This document shows, piece after piece, positions 28,395 through 42,219 of a DNA stretch of 64,000 nt (the stretch's first letter is position 1; every line of letters starts with the position of its first letter). A program made the translations under genes and the position numbers. Origin of the DNA: Lama glama (lineage: Eukaryota); the NCBI GenBank assembly GCA_028534125.1, contig CM052817.1, positions 106,952,001 through 107,016,000 on the forward strand, in the 5' to 3' direction. The notes under the pieces are model-generated. The model ran no database searches. It was not told the DNA's origin and saw only the letters and a program-made list of their open reading frames with translations.

Positions 28395-29103
28395 TCTGTT
28401 TGGTCCAGCCATTATGGAGGACAGTATGGGGATTCCTCAAGAAACTAAAAGTAGACTCGCCCTATGACCCAGCAATCCCACTCCTGGGCGTATGTCCAGA
28501 GGGAACCCTAACTCAAAAAGACACCTGCACCCTAGTGTTCACAGCAACACTAAATACAATAGCCAAGACATGGAAACAGCCTAAACGTCCATTGACAGAT
28601 GACTGGATAAAGAAGCTGTGGTATAGTCGCACAATGGAATACTACTCAGTCATAAAAAAGAATAAAAGAATGCCATTTGCAGCAACATGGACGGGCCCGG
28701 AGATTATCATTCTAAGTGAAGTAAGTCAGACAGAGAAAAAAATATATCATATGATACCACTCATATGTGGAATCTAAAACAAACAAACAAAAAGACACAA
28801 ATGAACTTATTTACAAAACAGAGACAGACTCACATAGAAAACTTATGGCTCTCAGAGGGTAAAGGGGGTCGGGAGGGATAAATTGGGAGTTTTAGATTTG
28901 CAGATACTAATTACTATACATAAAACAGCTAAACAACAAATTCATACTGTATAGCACAGGGAAATATATTCAGTATCTTGTAGTAACCTAGAATGAAAAA
29001 TATGAAAATGAATATATGCATGTATATGTATGACTGAATATGATGCTGTACACCAGAAATTGACACAACATTGTAAACTGACTAAACTTCAGTTAAAAAA
29101 AAA
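28395..29103 (+). mobile_element. 5'-truncated L1 (ORF2 C-terminus + 3' UTR + poly A)
   Basis: [17 protein letters not shown]...YDPAIPLLG...WIKKLW...MEYYS...MPFAATW...IILSEVSQ...ICGI*, followed by 3' UTR and A tail. Confidence 0.94.
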
Positions 29104-30519
29104 TGGAGGAAAGGAAACCCTGACGGTACCTAGAGGGGCCTCTGTAATCAACTGTTTAACTTTCTCAAAAGATAAAAATCCCATCTGCATGAAGTACCAT
29201 GAGGGTGGCTGGTTATGTCATGACTGCTACAACACTCCAGTAGTTAGTTCTGGCCTCCCATTAATCATGCGGGTGCCTGACCAAGTCTCTGAGGAACAAG
29301 GAGTCAGATGATAAAAACGCTCAAGTTATTACGGAGTGGAAATGTATTCAATATTCTAACAAAATGAATATTTATTTTGACCAAAATACCTAACCAGCGA
29401 TTAGCATCAGGAGGTCATAAATTATCATATGAAATTGTGGGAAAACTACACGACTAGTTCCAAGTGGTTTGCGTGACGCAAGAAGATCATTTTACTTCCT
29501 TTGTAGCTCAATGTCCTCACCAGCGCAGACGCAGCAAGGTCCGTCCTACCCGCCTCACAAGACAGATCTGACACTGGAGAGCCACTGGGAAAGAGCCCTA
29601 GCAACGTAAAGCGCTCTGCAAGTGACAGTCCGGGTATAAAAGCACCGCCGCAGACCTGAAGGACTTTCAGGGATTCATTTAGCATAATCTTATTTCATGA
29701 CCGTGGAACCACGCTGAGAAAAGTGAACTAGGGATGGCACTGTTAAAACTAGAATCCAGGCTGTGCTTTCATATAACAGAAAAAAAATTAATTTGAATAT
29801 TTTCCAAATTATCTACAGTGTAAACTGTTGCATTAATATTTTTAACAAGTATTCTGAAGAAAATACTACAAGGGAAAGCAACCTGGAGTTCATCGCTAGT
29901 GATCTATTACGCTGTGGAAACCAGAATTAACACAGGATGAATTTTAACCCCAATTCCACAATTTACACATATTACCACAATTGCTTCTAGCAGCGCATGT
30001 AATTTTCATGATGCTAGAGGGTCGGGGTCCCGCCATGTAAGGACACAGCAAGCACCTTTATTTACCAGGTTTTGGCCTTGAATTACACGCAAGGCCTTCA
30101 AATGCAGTCTGACCTTCCACATAATCCATATTGATATTCTTTCTAAACAGAATGTCTGAATGTCTAAAACTTCATAGCATCCAAAATCCCTAACCAGCTT
30201 GTGCCAGAAATTTTTTGCTGCCTAGGTGAATAATATTTATTTCCATATTTTATGTAAATGTTAAAGAATTACATGACTCATAACAAAATTCTGATAATTA
30301 ATCACATTAATCCTAATTTATCCTTGGGGTTGCTAATGTAAATAGTCAGGGGTGGGTGGCGGCTAGCTCCTTACCGCCTTCAGTCTTCATGCCCTCCCCA
30401 ATTTCATCTAAGTTTATCTAGGCGTCGGGAGAAAAACCTTCCCCAGGTGAAACAGGGATGTGCTCATTCTGATGTCTGCCTATGTCTGCACCACTGTACT
30501 GTTTATTACCTCAACTCAT

Positions 30520-31450
30520 CACACATTCAGTAAATGCTTATTAAATGGCTTCTGCATGGTAAACATATTCTAGATGCTCCAGATAAAGTGCTCAATGTCA
30601 CAGATGGAGTCTCTCCTCTCGCGAGGCTTGCGTTACAATGGGGAGAGACGTAATACATAAGCAGTAAAAGTATAAACAACAAGAACATAAAGATCATCAT
30701 AAACGCCTGACCGATTAATTTTTAGTATGTGGTGTAACAAAAATGCGTGAGTGGCTACTCTGAAGTGGCCTGCCGGACCAGGGATCTGAGGGTCAAGGAG
30801 CCAGTCAGGTGAAGGTCACAGAAGACTGAATTTAGGTGCAAAAAACCCAAAACCAAAAAAACCCCAAAAAAACCCCAACTAGTGGGAAGACCGCACGGCT
30901 TGGTCTGTTAAATGAACCAAAGGAAGGTCAAGGCATGGGGGGTGGGGCAGGAGAGCAGGGAAGATGAGACCAGTCGTGCACAGCTCTGCAGGGGGTGCAG
31001 ATTTTATCCCAAGTGACTGGAAGGTTTCAAAGAAATGACACAGTCCAGTTTCTAATTTTTAGCATAAGCTGGGTTGCTGTGGGAAGAATGGTGTGGAGAA
31101 GGCAAGTGCCAGGAGTCCCTGGCACCAGCCCAGGCGAGAAGATGATGCTGGCAATCACGGAGGTGGCTGAGGAACTCAGGCTGAGGACGGAGGAACAAAC
31201 AAGACTTGCCAAGGAATGTGGAGCCCGGGGCAACCTGAAGGACCACAGAAGATCCGTAGGTTTGGGGCTTTAATACTTACTAGATGGTAATGCCAAGGAT
31301 GGAGAGAAGGGGAGAACTGGAGGACCCTAAGGGTTCGGTGCCTGTGTGGTTGGTTGGGTTTATGTTTTTGGTGGTGCCTGTGGAACACTCGGAAATTATA
31401 TGTTAGCCACGTCAAGTCCAAGCTGACGACATCCACGTCATGGTATCTTG
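30520..31450 (-). mobile_element. L2 fragment
   Basis: cattcagtaaatgcttatt...gaggcttgcgttacaatggggagagac...gattttatcccaagtgactggaagg. Confidence 0.55.
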
Positions 31451-31463
31451 TGGGCAATGGGAT

Positions 31464-31567
31464 TTTTTTTAATTGAGGTACAGTCAGTTACAATGTGTCA
31501 ATTTCTGGGATACAGCACTGTGTCCCAGTCATCCATATACATACATACATTCGTTTTCATATTCTTT
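31464..31567 (-). mobile_element. Short L1 3' end
   Basis: Poly T then attgaggtacagtcagttacaatgtgtcaatttctgg, the reverse complement of the L1 3' terminus seen elsewhere in the window. Confidence 0.8.
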
Positions 31568-31894
31568 TGGAATACACAGTCTTGGATTTCATGAGAATCA
31601 AACAATGGATGTCTCGTTTTGGGGTAAAAACATTGTAAAAGTTTTCTCATTAAGTGCTTCCAGGTTAATATATACAAAAATAATAATAAATGATGATCGA
31701 GATGATTATGATAATGAAGAGGATATTTTGCTCTATACTGTGATGGGGTGATGATTCTTGAAATCAACAAACAGACGGGTCATAAGAGGTAAAGGTCTCG
31801 AGTTTTCTGTTCTCTTGAGCTAAGCTATTAATGTAAAGGTGTTAGATACATACTAGCCAAAAAAAACAAAACAAAACAAAAAAACAACGTAGTT

Positions 31895-32018
31895 GGGGAT
31901 ATAGGTCAGTGGTAGAGCCTGTGCTTAGCATGCGCAAGGGTTCTTGGTTCAATCTCCAGTGCCTCCATTAAATAAACAAACAAACAAACCTAATTACCTA
32001 CCCACCCCTTGAAAAAAA
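31895..32018 (+). mobile_element. tRNA-Ala-derived SINE
   Basis: tataggtcagtggtagagcctgtgcttagcatgc...ggttcaatctccagtgcctcca plus A-rich tail. Confidence 0.85.
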
Positions 32019-32925
32019 GTAGCCCCAGAGGAATGAATAATGGAACTCATTTATATTTTAAAGAAAGGTTCGCTTCAACATCTAGGATTTGGCTCATAGA
32101 CTCTCTTAAAGAATGTGAGAAATACCTAGCACCTCCTCCTCACGTATAAACCTAATAAAAGTCCAGGTGAGATGAACTTGGCTAGATGTGTGCCACTGGA
32201 CAGGGGCCTCCATAAATAAAGTCTGCTCCTCCACGCTTTCAATTTTATCAACGGGATCAGCAGACCCCCGCAGATAGAAAGCTACTTCCTTTTACATCTC
32301 AATTCGTGGGACTCACTTAAAGGCCAGAACCGAGACAAACTAAAGAGCAACCAAGACACCGATAACAAACCACGTCAGGCAAACCAGAGGTCTTCCCTCG
32401 AAGGCCATGGTCTTCTCTGTTGTCCTCTGATGCATTAAACCAGCTGTCTTCATATCAAAGTAGATATATGCGTGCCTTCACATATGACTGAATGGGGCTT
32501 ATTTAATGTAGTCTACCAACTATGGGAAACTAGGGGATGAGAAACATATTCCAATTACGGAAAACTGGAGAAGGAAAAATGACAAATATCGAAGATGGAA
32601 AAACAATCTCCGGTCCAGGCAGAGAGAGTAAATTAAGAGACACCTTTCATTCCAAAGTGAGTAACTGGCTTCCAAGGAGTAAGGATGGGAAAGCTGATAT
32701 GCTACACCCTTGCCAAGAATTCTATACATTCCATATATCCCAGTCACCGATGGGTCAGATCTCTAAGATGTTTTGAAGTGAACGGACAACAAAAAAGTAA
32801 GATGTGATCAACTTTAACGCAGGAAAGGGGGTAATGCGTATGGATCTGAATGAGCACCTGAGAAGTCAGGTAGGGCAAACCCCCACAGGGACACTGCTTC
32901 ACTAATCTCAGTGCACATGACTGGC

Positions 32926-32952
32926 TGTGTGTGTGTGTGTGTGTGCGCGCGC
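32926..32952 (+). repeat. (TG)n(CG)n alternating purine-pyrimidine tract
   Basis: tgtgtgtgtgtgtgtgtgtgcgcgcgc. Confidence 0.9.
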
Positions 32953-34944
32953 CGGGGAGGCACAGCTAACTACATCCTACATATTTCTAACCCGAATCCT
33001 CCTTAGGGTGGTTAGAGTTACTATGTACCTCAGGAAAAATTCTGGAAGTGTTCAACTTCACAATTTCTGGAGGCTCCTTGGCGTGATGTGTGTAAGAAGA
33101 CGCCATGGAAGTGTCTCCCTCCAACTCGGCGGGGAGACAAGGGAACACTTGGGCGAGGAGGTTAAGCTGATCAGGTCGGTGCGCTCCTGCGTCAGAGAAG
33201 GCAGCGGGGTCTCTCCCGGCTGATCTGGGGCAAACAGTTCTGGAGGAACGATGGCCATTCTGGTGGACTTGTTATGGGAAGTCGGAAGAGGAGCCAACAC
33301 ACCAGGTTTGGGAGCTCTGATGCCACTTCTCAGTAAAGAAACTTCAGCCAGAAGTTGGTCACTTTTCTTAAATTGAAATATGTATGATTTCACTGAGAAA
33401 CAGCCTAACATAAAATACGTTACACTTAGCACGTAAGAATTTCGGAGCTAACACCTCTTCTGGCACTGATTCTCAATTTTTCCTGCATGTGAATTTTGGG
33501 GGGAGGGAGCATGAACTCATGGCTGAAGAATCTGCCAACTGCCTGAATCGCGCTGCGGAGAAGCGTCACCGAGGAGCTGGGAATCTGAGTCACTTAATAT
33601 CAGGCTTCAGCTAAATTCTTACATGGTTACATAACACCACTAATTTTTAAGAACAAGAAAGGGTTTTTTTAAAAATGTCAGGGCATTAGGATTTCCTCTG
33701 TTTTTCTCACTACAAAAATGTCTTGTCGGACCCTTCCAACGTCTATGCGTCTGCTCCTTATTGCTCTCCTCTTGAAGAATGAAAGCTCTCAGCATCCTCG
33801 GATAGATGCCCATTATCCACCTGACTCTCCAAGATGATGTCTTTCTGGAGGCTAACAACTCCTCTCCATGATAACACTGCACGTTTACAAAATAAGGGAT
33901 AATACGAAGAAAATTCCACTGCAGTCGTTAAAATATCACTTGAATCCCAGTGGATTCACACATCATCAAACAACTGAATTAAAAATGACGAACCAAGCTT
34001 CAAACCCCGGATGCTTCACACCGTGCAGATAACACGTTTGAAGGAATAACAAAAGTTTTCACTCAAGCTTTGACATCCTGACATGAAGCAGACATAAATT
34101 TAAACTTGGGGAAATGAAGAGTGAACATTTTTGAAAATCAAGTTTTAAAAATCCTTTTGAACCTGTACACGATTATTTCCCCCAGATTAGCTGTAGTAAA
34201 ATTAGAAAAACAAACATGTAAGTTCTATGCTTATGATTAAGCGAAGGCATCCTTTGGTGAAAACAAGTGTCACCAACCAGTAACATTAATTTGCTTAAAG
34301 CTGCAAGAGCTTTTTTTCCTAGAATTTTAAAAGCGATGAAAAAAAAAAACAGATGAAAGAAGATATTATTGTAACTTAATATGTAACATTGTGTCTAGAG
34401 CAACAAGAAAGCAAATGACCACGTTCCTCTTACATGCTCAGCATTAAATTATCTTTTCAAGAAGCAAAGGCATTTTTTGAACCAATAAAGCAATATGTAC
34501 AGTAAAGAGGTACAGAATTCCCACATCCTGGCCTTTAAATTGCTCTTCTTATAAGCAAGCAGCCTTTAGGAACCCCATAATGACTATCTTAAATCCCCGG
34601 AATCGCAACAGAAAAACGCTGTGGAGCATAATGCATCGTGGCATATTTAAATATGACCCCAAATTCCGTGCTTCTATAATCTATATTAAGTTGTAAGCAG
34701 ATAAAGGCATTTCTACCTTGCTCGGTTCTCTAAGCAAAGGTTAAGCAGAAAGGCCAGCCCTAGGAAGAAACAGAATACATACCATGATAGCCTCTTTCGT
34801 TAGAAACGGCAAGAAGAACAGATTTAAATTAAGACTTGGTGTATAAAAGCTGAAAGCATAGAATTTGTATCCACATAATGAACTGATGTCTCCTCTAAAG
34901 ACGTCAGATTGCTGTTCAGCTAAACTATCTAAAAATACCTCCTT

Positions 34945-34948
<4 letters not shown>

Positions 34949-34990
<42 letters not shown>
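34949..34990 (+). repeat. (AC)n microsatellite
   Basis: About 21 perfect units. Confidence 0.97.
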
Positions 34991-34992
<2 letters not shown>

Positions 34993-35329
34993 AATGACTA
35001 CAAAGACAGGTCTTACTAAGCAGCTCTGCTTGCACAAAATCACTTAATAAGTGGGGAACATTTTTAAAGTACTTATGAAAAATTTAATAGGCATTTTTCT
35101 TAGCAACTGTGATCTTTTATGAGCTATTCTGAAAACCAGTACCAATTTGAAAAAAAAACAGTCAATGATGGATGGTAAAGTCGACCATCATCGATCCAAG
35201 ATGTTCAATCATCTTCTATGAACTTGAAATTAGAGAAAGAAAAACACATCTCTGAACTGTGGTCAACATTCTGCTTGAAAACCAAAAAAGGGAAACCCTC
35301 TGATTGAAAATCAGGAATCTAACTCATGG

Positions 35330-35520
35330 AAGCTATAGTGTGTCAGCCCCTGCCCCAGGTGTGGAATCCCCTCAAACACCCTATGAAGTAGGCATCACCA
35401 ACAGTGCTGTGTGGACCAGGAAAACTGGTCCAGAACATTTAAGTAATCTGCCTGATGCCACACAGCTACAAGGAAGGGGCAGGACCCTGCGCCACGCGTG
35501 ACTGACCCTGGATGTCATAT
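35330..35520 (-). mobile_element. MIR
   Basis: accctatgaagtaggc...taagtaatctgcctgatgccacacagcta. Confidence 0.55.
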
Positions 35521-35660
35521 CTAATGTCGGTGACTGACAGCCACATAGGCTTTACAGTTCGCAGAAAGGCTCTGAAAACGTCAACCCTTTTTATATTTTC
35601 CTTATTTAAACCTCAAGTTTTTCATGTGCCAAATGCGGAAAATCTCATTCTGTTCCTAGC

Positions 35661-35764
35661 TTTTTGTTTTTGTTTTGTTTTGTTCTGTTTTTAGAGCAGA
35701 GAAAGGTTCATTGCAGGGCCAAGCAAGGACAGGCAGTTTGTGCTCAAAACACCTGAACTCCCCT
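35661..35764 (-). mobile_element. Polyadenylated ERV-LTR-like fragment
   Basis: Minus strand ...cttgcttggccctgcaatgaacctttctctgctc followed by an A-rich (aaaac)n tail; resembles an LTR R region. Confidence 0.45.
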
Positions 35765-37272
35765 AGTGTTGTCTTGATGACTGGAGAAAATAATACATGC
35801 AAAGCATTTAGCAAAATAATGTAACTATCACTGCAATCAAAACAACATGGGGAGGGGGACCAGCACTGTGGTCGTGATCTCCACTTCGAATCGAGGAACC
35901 AAACTTCACAAAGTTAAACGACTTGCCTACAGTTGCAAAGTTAGTCAACCTCAGAACGAGGACGCAAAGCAAGGTCCCCGTACGTAAAGCATTTTATTGT
36001 CGTCCTACACGGAAAACTTGGCTGGGAGAGTTCGTTCCTTTCTATTTCTACAGGGAAAGGGTCAGTTGAAATCAAGATTTTGCTTAAAGGTCCTCATCAT
36101 GTGCATGAAGATGACTGCACTGGGGGCGGCAGTGAGTGAGCTCGGCTCCAGGGACAGTTCAGTGCGCGTCCCTCGTGCCCTCCAGCTCCAGCTAACACTT
36201 CAAAGCCACTCATGAACTTTATTATAAAGCAGCTAACGGCAGTATCTTTTCCCACGGCATCTCTGGATAGCACTGGCAGGAGGGAACAGACTGAAAACAG
36301 GAAAGAAATCACGTACAGTCACACGTACACCTGAGGTTAACAAAGCCAGTACTTGATTCATCCACTTCCAAGGATGTTCTGCCATTCTGCCCAGGACACG
36401 GCCCCGCCCATCTCCCTACTTACAGAGAACGGATACCCAACCCGGGGCCGCCAGCATGGCCAACACAAGACTGTTCTCAGCGCAAGGAGGGCCACGCGCG
36501 TTGGATTTCAGGTCACTTCTTTACAGGTTAAAGCACCGCTTTCCACAAGTTATGATCATATTCCACGGTCCCAAGAACAGGTGTTAAAGTGATGCAAGTT
36601 AAAGAACCGTCAAAATTGTAACGAAGGTGGACCCAGTTATTATTCATATCTGTATTTTAAACGGCTAAGACAATGCTGCTAAGTCTGTCTGGCTGAGAAC
36701 TCTTTCTCTGGCTATCGGCTAAAATTAGCTCCTTATAAATCAGTACCTAACAAATTAAGAGACTATTAATATCATTCACCAGCAAGTCAAAAACAGGATT
36801 CTTTCCTATATTCAAGTCTGGTATCAGAGTAATATGAGAGCGCTCTGGAGAACCACACAGATGGGAAGTCTCAGATAAGTACCAAGACCTTCCTGTAAAA
36901 AGTTGAATTAACAAGGGGAAACTTTCACGTAACGAGGTAATTCTTCAACACAAAATGGTATTCTTGCAATGCGGGCCAAGCTTCATGGGGGACAAAATAT
37001 ATTGCTTTTATTTCCTTCAAGATCAAAGGACTCTTTATTTTATGGTGGGCATGGCAGTTACCACATCACATATATGAAATCCCTCTGAAACGTACCCTAA
37101 AGGAAATCAACACTGAACGCAGGGGTTGGAGTCACCTGTTCTCAGACTTCCTGACAAGAATTAGAACCCACAGGATGCGTAGAAGACAAGGAAGTGGGGT
37201 ATCCCTGAAATAATGTACTTGGAGCAATTTAGGCACCTCTTGTAGCTTCCAGAAGAGATCCCCACGTGCACA

Positions 37273-37307
37273 CGTGTGTATGTGTGTGCATGTGTGTGTG
37301 TGTGTGT
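37273..37307 (+). repeat. Imperfect (TG)n microsatellite
   Basis: Direct observation. Confidence 0.9.
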
Positions 37308-37339
37308 CTACAACAAAGGACTGTCACGGGCTCCCCCGT

Positions 37340-37510
37340 GTCTTAGCTGTGTGACTTCGGGAAAGTTACCTGACTTCTCTACGCCTTGATTTCTTTGTGC
37401 CTAAAAAGAGGACAACCTACTTATGTTGTTGTGAGGGTCACATGATAACATATGAGAAGTGTTCAGAACTCTGCCTAAGAGCACAAGAAGCCTTCAACTG
37501 TAGCTAATGA
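37340..37510 (+). mobile_element. MIR
   Basis: tagctgtgtgacttcgggaaagttacctgacttctct...gttgttgtgagggt. Confidence 0.65.
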
Positions 37511-37724
37511 CGCTATTGCTTTTCTTGGGGGGGGGGCTGTAATGCTGAACTAGTAAACAGAAAGCTGCTTGCTGAGCACGGACTTGTAGAGAAAAAAAGC
37601 AAATCAACTTAAGGACGCGTCGTCTAAGCAGAGGGAAAACCTAACACACAGCCTCTGACCCACCTGCAAGGCAGGTTTCATCTTCCTTACCTCCTGGATA
37701 AGCAACGTCTTTTTAAAAATATAA

Positions 37725-37925
37725 GAACTGTGCTTACTATGGGCCATGAATTACTCTAAGCACTTTACGGACGTACCTCTGATCTCCTCACGACCCTATT
37801 ATCTCCATTTTACAAATGAGGATTCCTTGCCACAGAAAAACTAAACAACGTAGCTACTAGGGTCACTCGGCAAGTGAGGGCCAAGTCAGAACATAGCTCT
37901 GACCATGAGGCTACGGTGCTCACCA
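37725..37925 (-). mobile_element. MIR
   Basis: attatctccattttacaaatgagga core. Confidence 0.6.
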
Positions 37926-39424
37926 ATCCCTTGTCTTCCTGTAGCTTTCTGCACCAAGGTGACCACTGCTCAGGTGACAGTTTTCATTACCACGTGTACA
38001 AACTATCCCCTAGACTGGGTTATTTTTACAGGTGGGTGACTACTGGGAGTGGCTTCACTTTCTGAGTGAGAGCCCCCCTCGCCCACGCACGGCTCGGTTC
38101 CGGGAACTCCTGCGGACCCCTGGGCAGTGACCGCAGTATCCAGGTTCCTTGGGGGCAGGAACAATTCAGCGACATATCAATGACACGAGCACGCAGTGAA
38201 CCCTTGAGGGAGCAGCACATCTCTACCCTCATCTCACCTCGGGCTCCTAGCTCCTCTGTGAGGATGACTCTGATGCGCTACTTAAAGCCTCCAAAATCTC
38301 TCTGTTCCAAATGCCTTTGTTTCACCCTCACCCAGCGGGTGGGCTCCCGCTGCCCGGCACCCTCCTGGCCCCCCACCTGTGAGACTCAGGGCGCAGGTCA
38401 GCAGGTTCCCTCCCGCTGCTCATCTGGGAGCAAGTCTGCGACAGGGGCCACGACTTCCCGCCGAACAACCAAGACCAAACCCACAACACACTTCCCTCAA
38501 ACCAGCGACTTTCTGTATCCAGTTCCACGACGACACGCCTGCTGCTGTGACCGTAACACACAAACACTGCTGTGTTAAGCGCTTAATCTCACTAATGTGG
38601 CTACCATAACATTTCACGGACTCAAGCATACACAGCTTCTTTTTCATTTTAGCATCTTTGAAATCAGGACCCATCTCACAGTCAGTGAAAAGAAAATACT
38701 AGGTCATTTAAAGTCAGGTGGACCGACCCACAGGGTCTTGGATTAGTCACTCTGTCCAGATCATCAGATGGTCTGAGTACCTGACCGGGACGCCCAGACT
38801 TTGGAACCCAAACTGCGAACACTGTCACCTGCCCCAACACACTTTGATTTCCTCATTCTCCTACCATTAGTGGCTTTCTGATTATGACATACGTCTACAG
38901 CAGGAGGCCAAAGCTCTCGGACCCGACATGCAAAGGCCTCCCCGTCTCCCTCCAACCTGCCTTCCTCCAGCTGCCCTCCATCCCAGCCACGCTGGTCCCC
39001 TCACCGCTGTATGCAAACCCCTTCCACTCAGTGCTTGCCCTCATTCTGTATACCTGCCAAGAAGGCCCCCATTTCCATTTCCCTTCCACCCTGCTCGTCT
39101 CCGCTCCTCGCCTGCGGCACAGCTCATGCCTGACTTCCCTCTCCGTGGACCACTCCAGGCACACGTGACATTCCCGCCGGGCACTCCTTCCGCACTTCCC
39201 GTCCCTCCTGCTCCCCCTGCCTTTAAATATATGCTACTCCAACCAGACACACAAGTTTCAAATCATATTTTGAAATCACTTTTATAGGACTTGGATAAAA
39301 CCCACAAGGAAATGTTCAAAATGCATCATTAATTTTCTCTTTTCAAAAGCAAGTAAGTAGAACACGTAATTTCAAAACAAACAAAATTAAACTTAGGTGA
39401 AAAAAAGCACAACATTCACATTAC

Positions 39425-39502
39425 CTTCTGTATTTTTTCATCCCCACTACAGTCCATTTTTCCCAGTGGTTTGAGAACACTGCGGCACTCATCAGTGGGT
39501 TT
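39425..39502 (-). CDS. RAPGEF2: Candidate 78-nt in-frame cassette exon of RAPGEF2 (KPTDECRSVLKPLGKMDCSGDEKIQK)
   Basis: Acceptor gcgcttttatatcag|AAA, donor AAG|gtaatg, 26 codons without a stop, phase 0/0 inside a phase-0 intron; unique non-repeat sequence. Confidence 0.55.
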
Positions 39503-40814
39503 CTGATATAAAAGCGCATTTCTATTAATCCATATACTTTAATACCAATATAGATCTACTTCTTACTAGCTACTGATTTAGTAGGTACTCAGTTTGACAA
39601 GTTATTTCGCTGACACCGAAGGCACTTTTATTGAATGAGGACTGTAATCTATATTCTCCTCTTCTGTTCAAAGGCAGACCCTACATAGTCTTGCTCTGAG
39701 AAAAAACTGAGGCATTTAGGTTACCCACGGCTCTTTTTCTGGAGCAAAATGAACTTTTCCTGTAATATCACTACTGTCAACTTCTGTGATGTTTTCCCTT
39801 CAAAGACATTCCTTACATCTTATTTATGTCAGGTTGTTTTTTTTTTTCAGGGAGGCATGACGAAAACAGGACAATAAAGGGCAGAGAAGTCTGGAAATAC
39901 GCCAACTAAAGGAGCACAGTGAAAGGACGTCTGGGATAAAAGACAGACGTGCAGCAGGGATGGGAAGCGGAGAGGAAAGCCGTCCCGGGTGTTCACATTT
40001 CTCTAGCTAAGCTATTTAGAAGTTCACTTCTTTCTCTGTTGACACTTTAATACTGGCTTCTCGTATCTTAAACTTTTGCATAAACTTTAAGAAAAGCACA
40101 ATGATGTGACTACAGCAAACTTTATTAAAACCACCCTGTATTCTTTCTTTCCCATATTGGAATGGAATTCCAACACTAACTAAAGAAGCTCGTAAGTAAA
40201 TAACTTTTCCCTCAATTTAAAAAATATTATACATAATGCACTGATCATGTTATATATTAATATATATTATATGGCAAACGTTAAAACTATAAAACAGACA
40301 AAGCAGCTTGTGACAGAAGGTTCATAATCGTTACAACGTGTCTCTGAAGTAAGGTTGTCCTTAAATGCATCTTCTACATATATTTGGGGGCAGCCAGGTG
40401 GGTGGGGACGGAATCAAGAACAAATATTGCCAGACAAAATGCGAGGGTATAATATAAACAAGATTTCTACAATACGAGGATATGTATCAAAGTGTTACCA
40501 ATGGTTTTATCTGGACGGTATAATTGTGATTCTCTTTCTGTCCTTGTCTTCACTTGTTTTCTATTTTTTCTTTAAAGAACGTAAGTATAGCTACATATTT
40601 TTTAAATTAAAAATTATGCACAAAACTAAAAACAAAGTAATCACGGACAAACCCCAGACCAAACTGCTCCCTAAACAGCCATCACACAAAACAAAATGAG
40701 CACCGAAAATCAGTCTGGCTATTCAAAGGGTATCTCTTATAAATAAGGTAATAATTTTGAATTATTTTTATATTGAGGCCAGTGTTACCCCTAAAGTAGT
40801 ATGCATGATTTTGA

Positions 40815-40890
40815 CTTTTTAAAAATATATTTTTATTAAAGTATAGTCAGTTTACAACATTGTATCAATTTCTGGTATACAGTACAATAT
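40815..40890 (-). mobile_element. Short L1 3' end
   Basis: aagtatagtcagtttacaacattgtatcaatttctggtatacag. Confidence 0.75.
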
Positions 40891-42219
40891 GATTTTTGGC
40901 ATTCTGATTGTTTCCACAAATGAAATTAATTTCAACAAGAAACAGAAGGCCTTATAGATTAATACAATAATGAAGGTATTATAAAGCATTCATGTCTTTA
41001 AGTTGCCATTTCAAATGAAGAAGAGGGTACTTTAAAGAAAACAAATAAGTGTGAGGTTAATTAGCCATAAAGAAAAAGTGAACTCCATCTTTACAGCCTC
41101 AGTCGCTGGAAACCTGGAAGTGAACTGGACCCATCACCAACTTCCGCCAACCTTGCCCCCCACTCCCACCTCTCCCAGTGACTACAGACTCCTTTCCAGT
41201 CCTTCCTGACAACTCTAAGCACTCCTCTCCATTAATCTTAAAGGTACTGTGCACGTCCCAGTTCCACAAAGCTCAGAAAAACTACATGCCTTGACACTCC
41301 CACTACAAATTTTTCTTGATTACTGAGGAAAATAAAAAAGAGTTTTCATGTATTAAAAATACTTAAAGGGCAAAAATGTCAGGATGAACTCATGCTTTTT
41401 TTTCCGAGGAGAATAGAGACCATCAAAAGATTACAATTCTACACATTTTTTATACCGTGTTTCACTGTCTTCTTCTACTACGAGAGGCGTGACACTGCGC
41501 ACAGTGAGATGCTGATCTGTGGAAATAACCTATAAGATGCCCTCATCGTAACCTGCACTCCTAAGATATCTAAAACAGAGCAGCCAGAAAATCAAATGTT
41601 TGTCACAAGAGATCACACGTATCTACTGATACCCCTGAAAATTAGCCTTTATGGATAAACTACAGAATTCTGGCGTTTTCTACTGACCTCAATTAGAAAT
41701 GAGATTATGGATTAATCATATTTACACAAGCCCACACACACACATGAAATATATGCATCTATACAGGTGGGGGGTGGTATATTTCATGTTATAATCAAAC
41801 CAAGTCAATAGGATAAACCAGTAATGTACTTCTCTGGAGCTCACGAAAGAAGAACTCATACCTTAGTCATTCAAAGCTGTTTTTTGGATTATTGCTTTAT
41901 TGATGAAAAAATTGCAGAGTTAATCCATATCTGAAATGTCCCTGAGAACAGCGTTTATAATGAACATGCAGGTGACTTGCAAAGAGGATCTGGTGTCCTA
42001 ATGTGAAATCAGGAGAGCTGAAGCATGTGCGGGGTATTTGTACAACGACTTGAAGAACAAAAGAAAGACAGGTGGGGGCTGACCGATAAGTTATGCAGAT
42101 ATGGCACATCACAGACTGCAGTGAAACAAGGTCAATCATTATACAGCATATACACGCTGTGCATTTACACATATAGAGAGAGAGATGTGCAGATGTGTGT
42201 GGGGGGAGGGCATACAGCA

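Noticed and set aside
28301..28777. 158-aa ORF
   Set aside because: L1 ORF2 C-terminal remnant, not a host gene; the same applies to 24759..25193, 52979..53317 and 53559..53975.
38066..38578. 170-aa ORF in a GC-richer intron patch
   Set aside because: Non-ATG start, no recognisable homology, and overlapping ORFs on both strands typical of GC-rich noncoding DNA.
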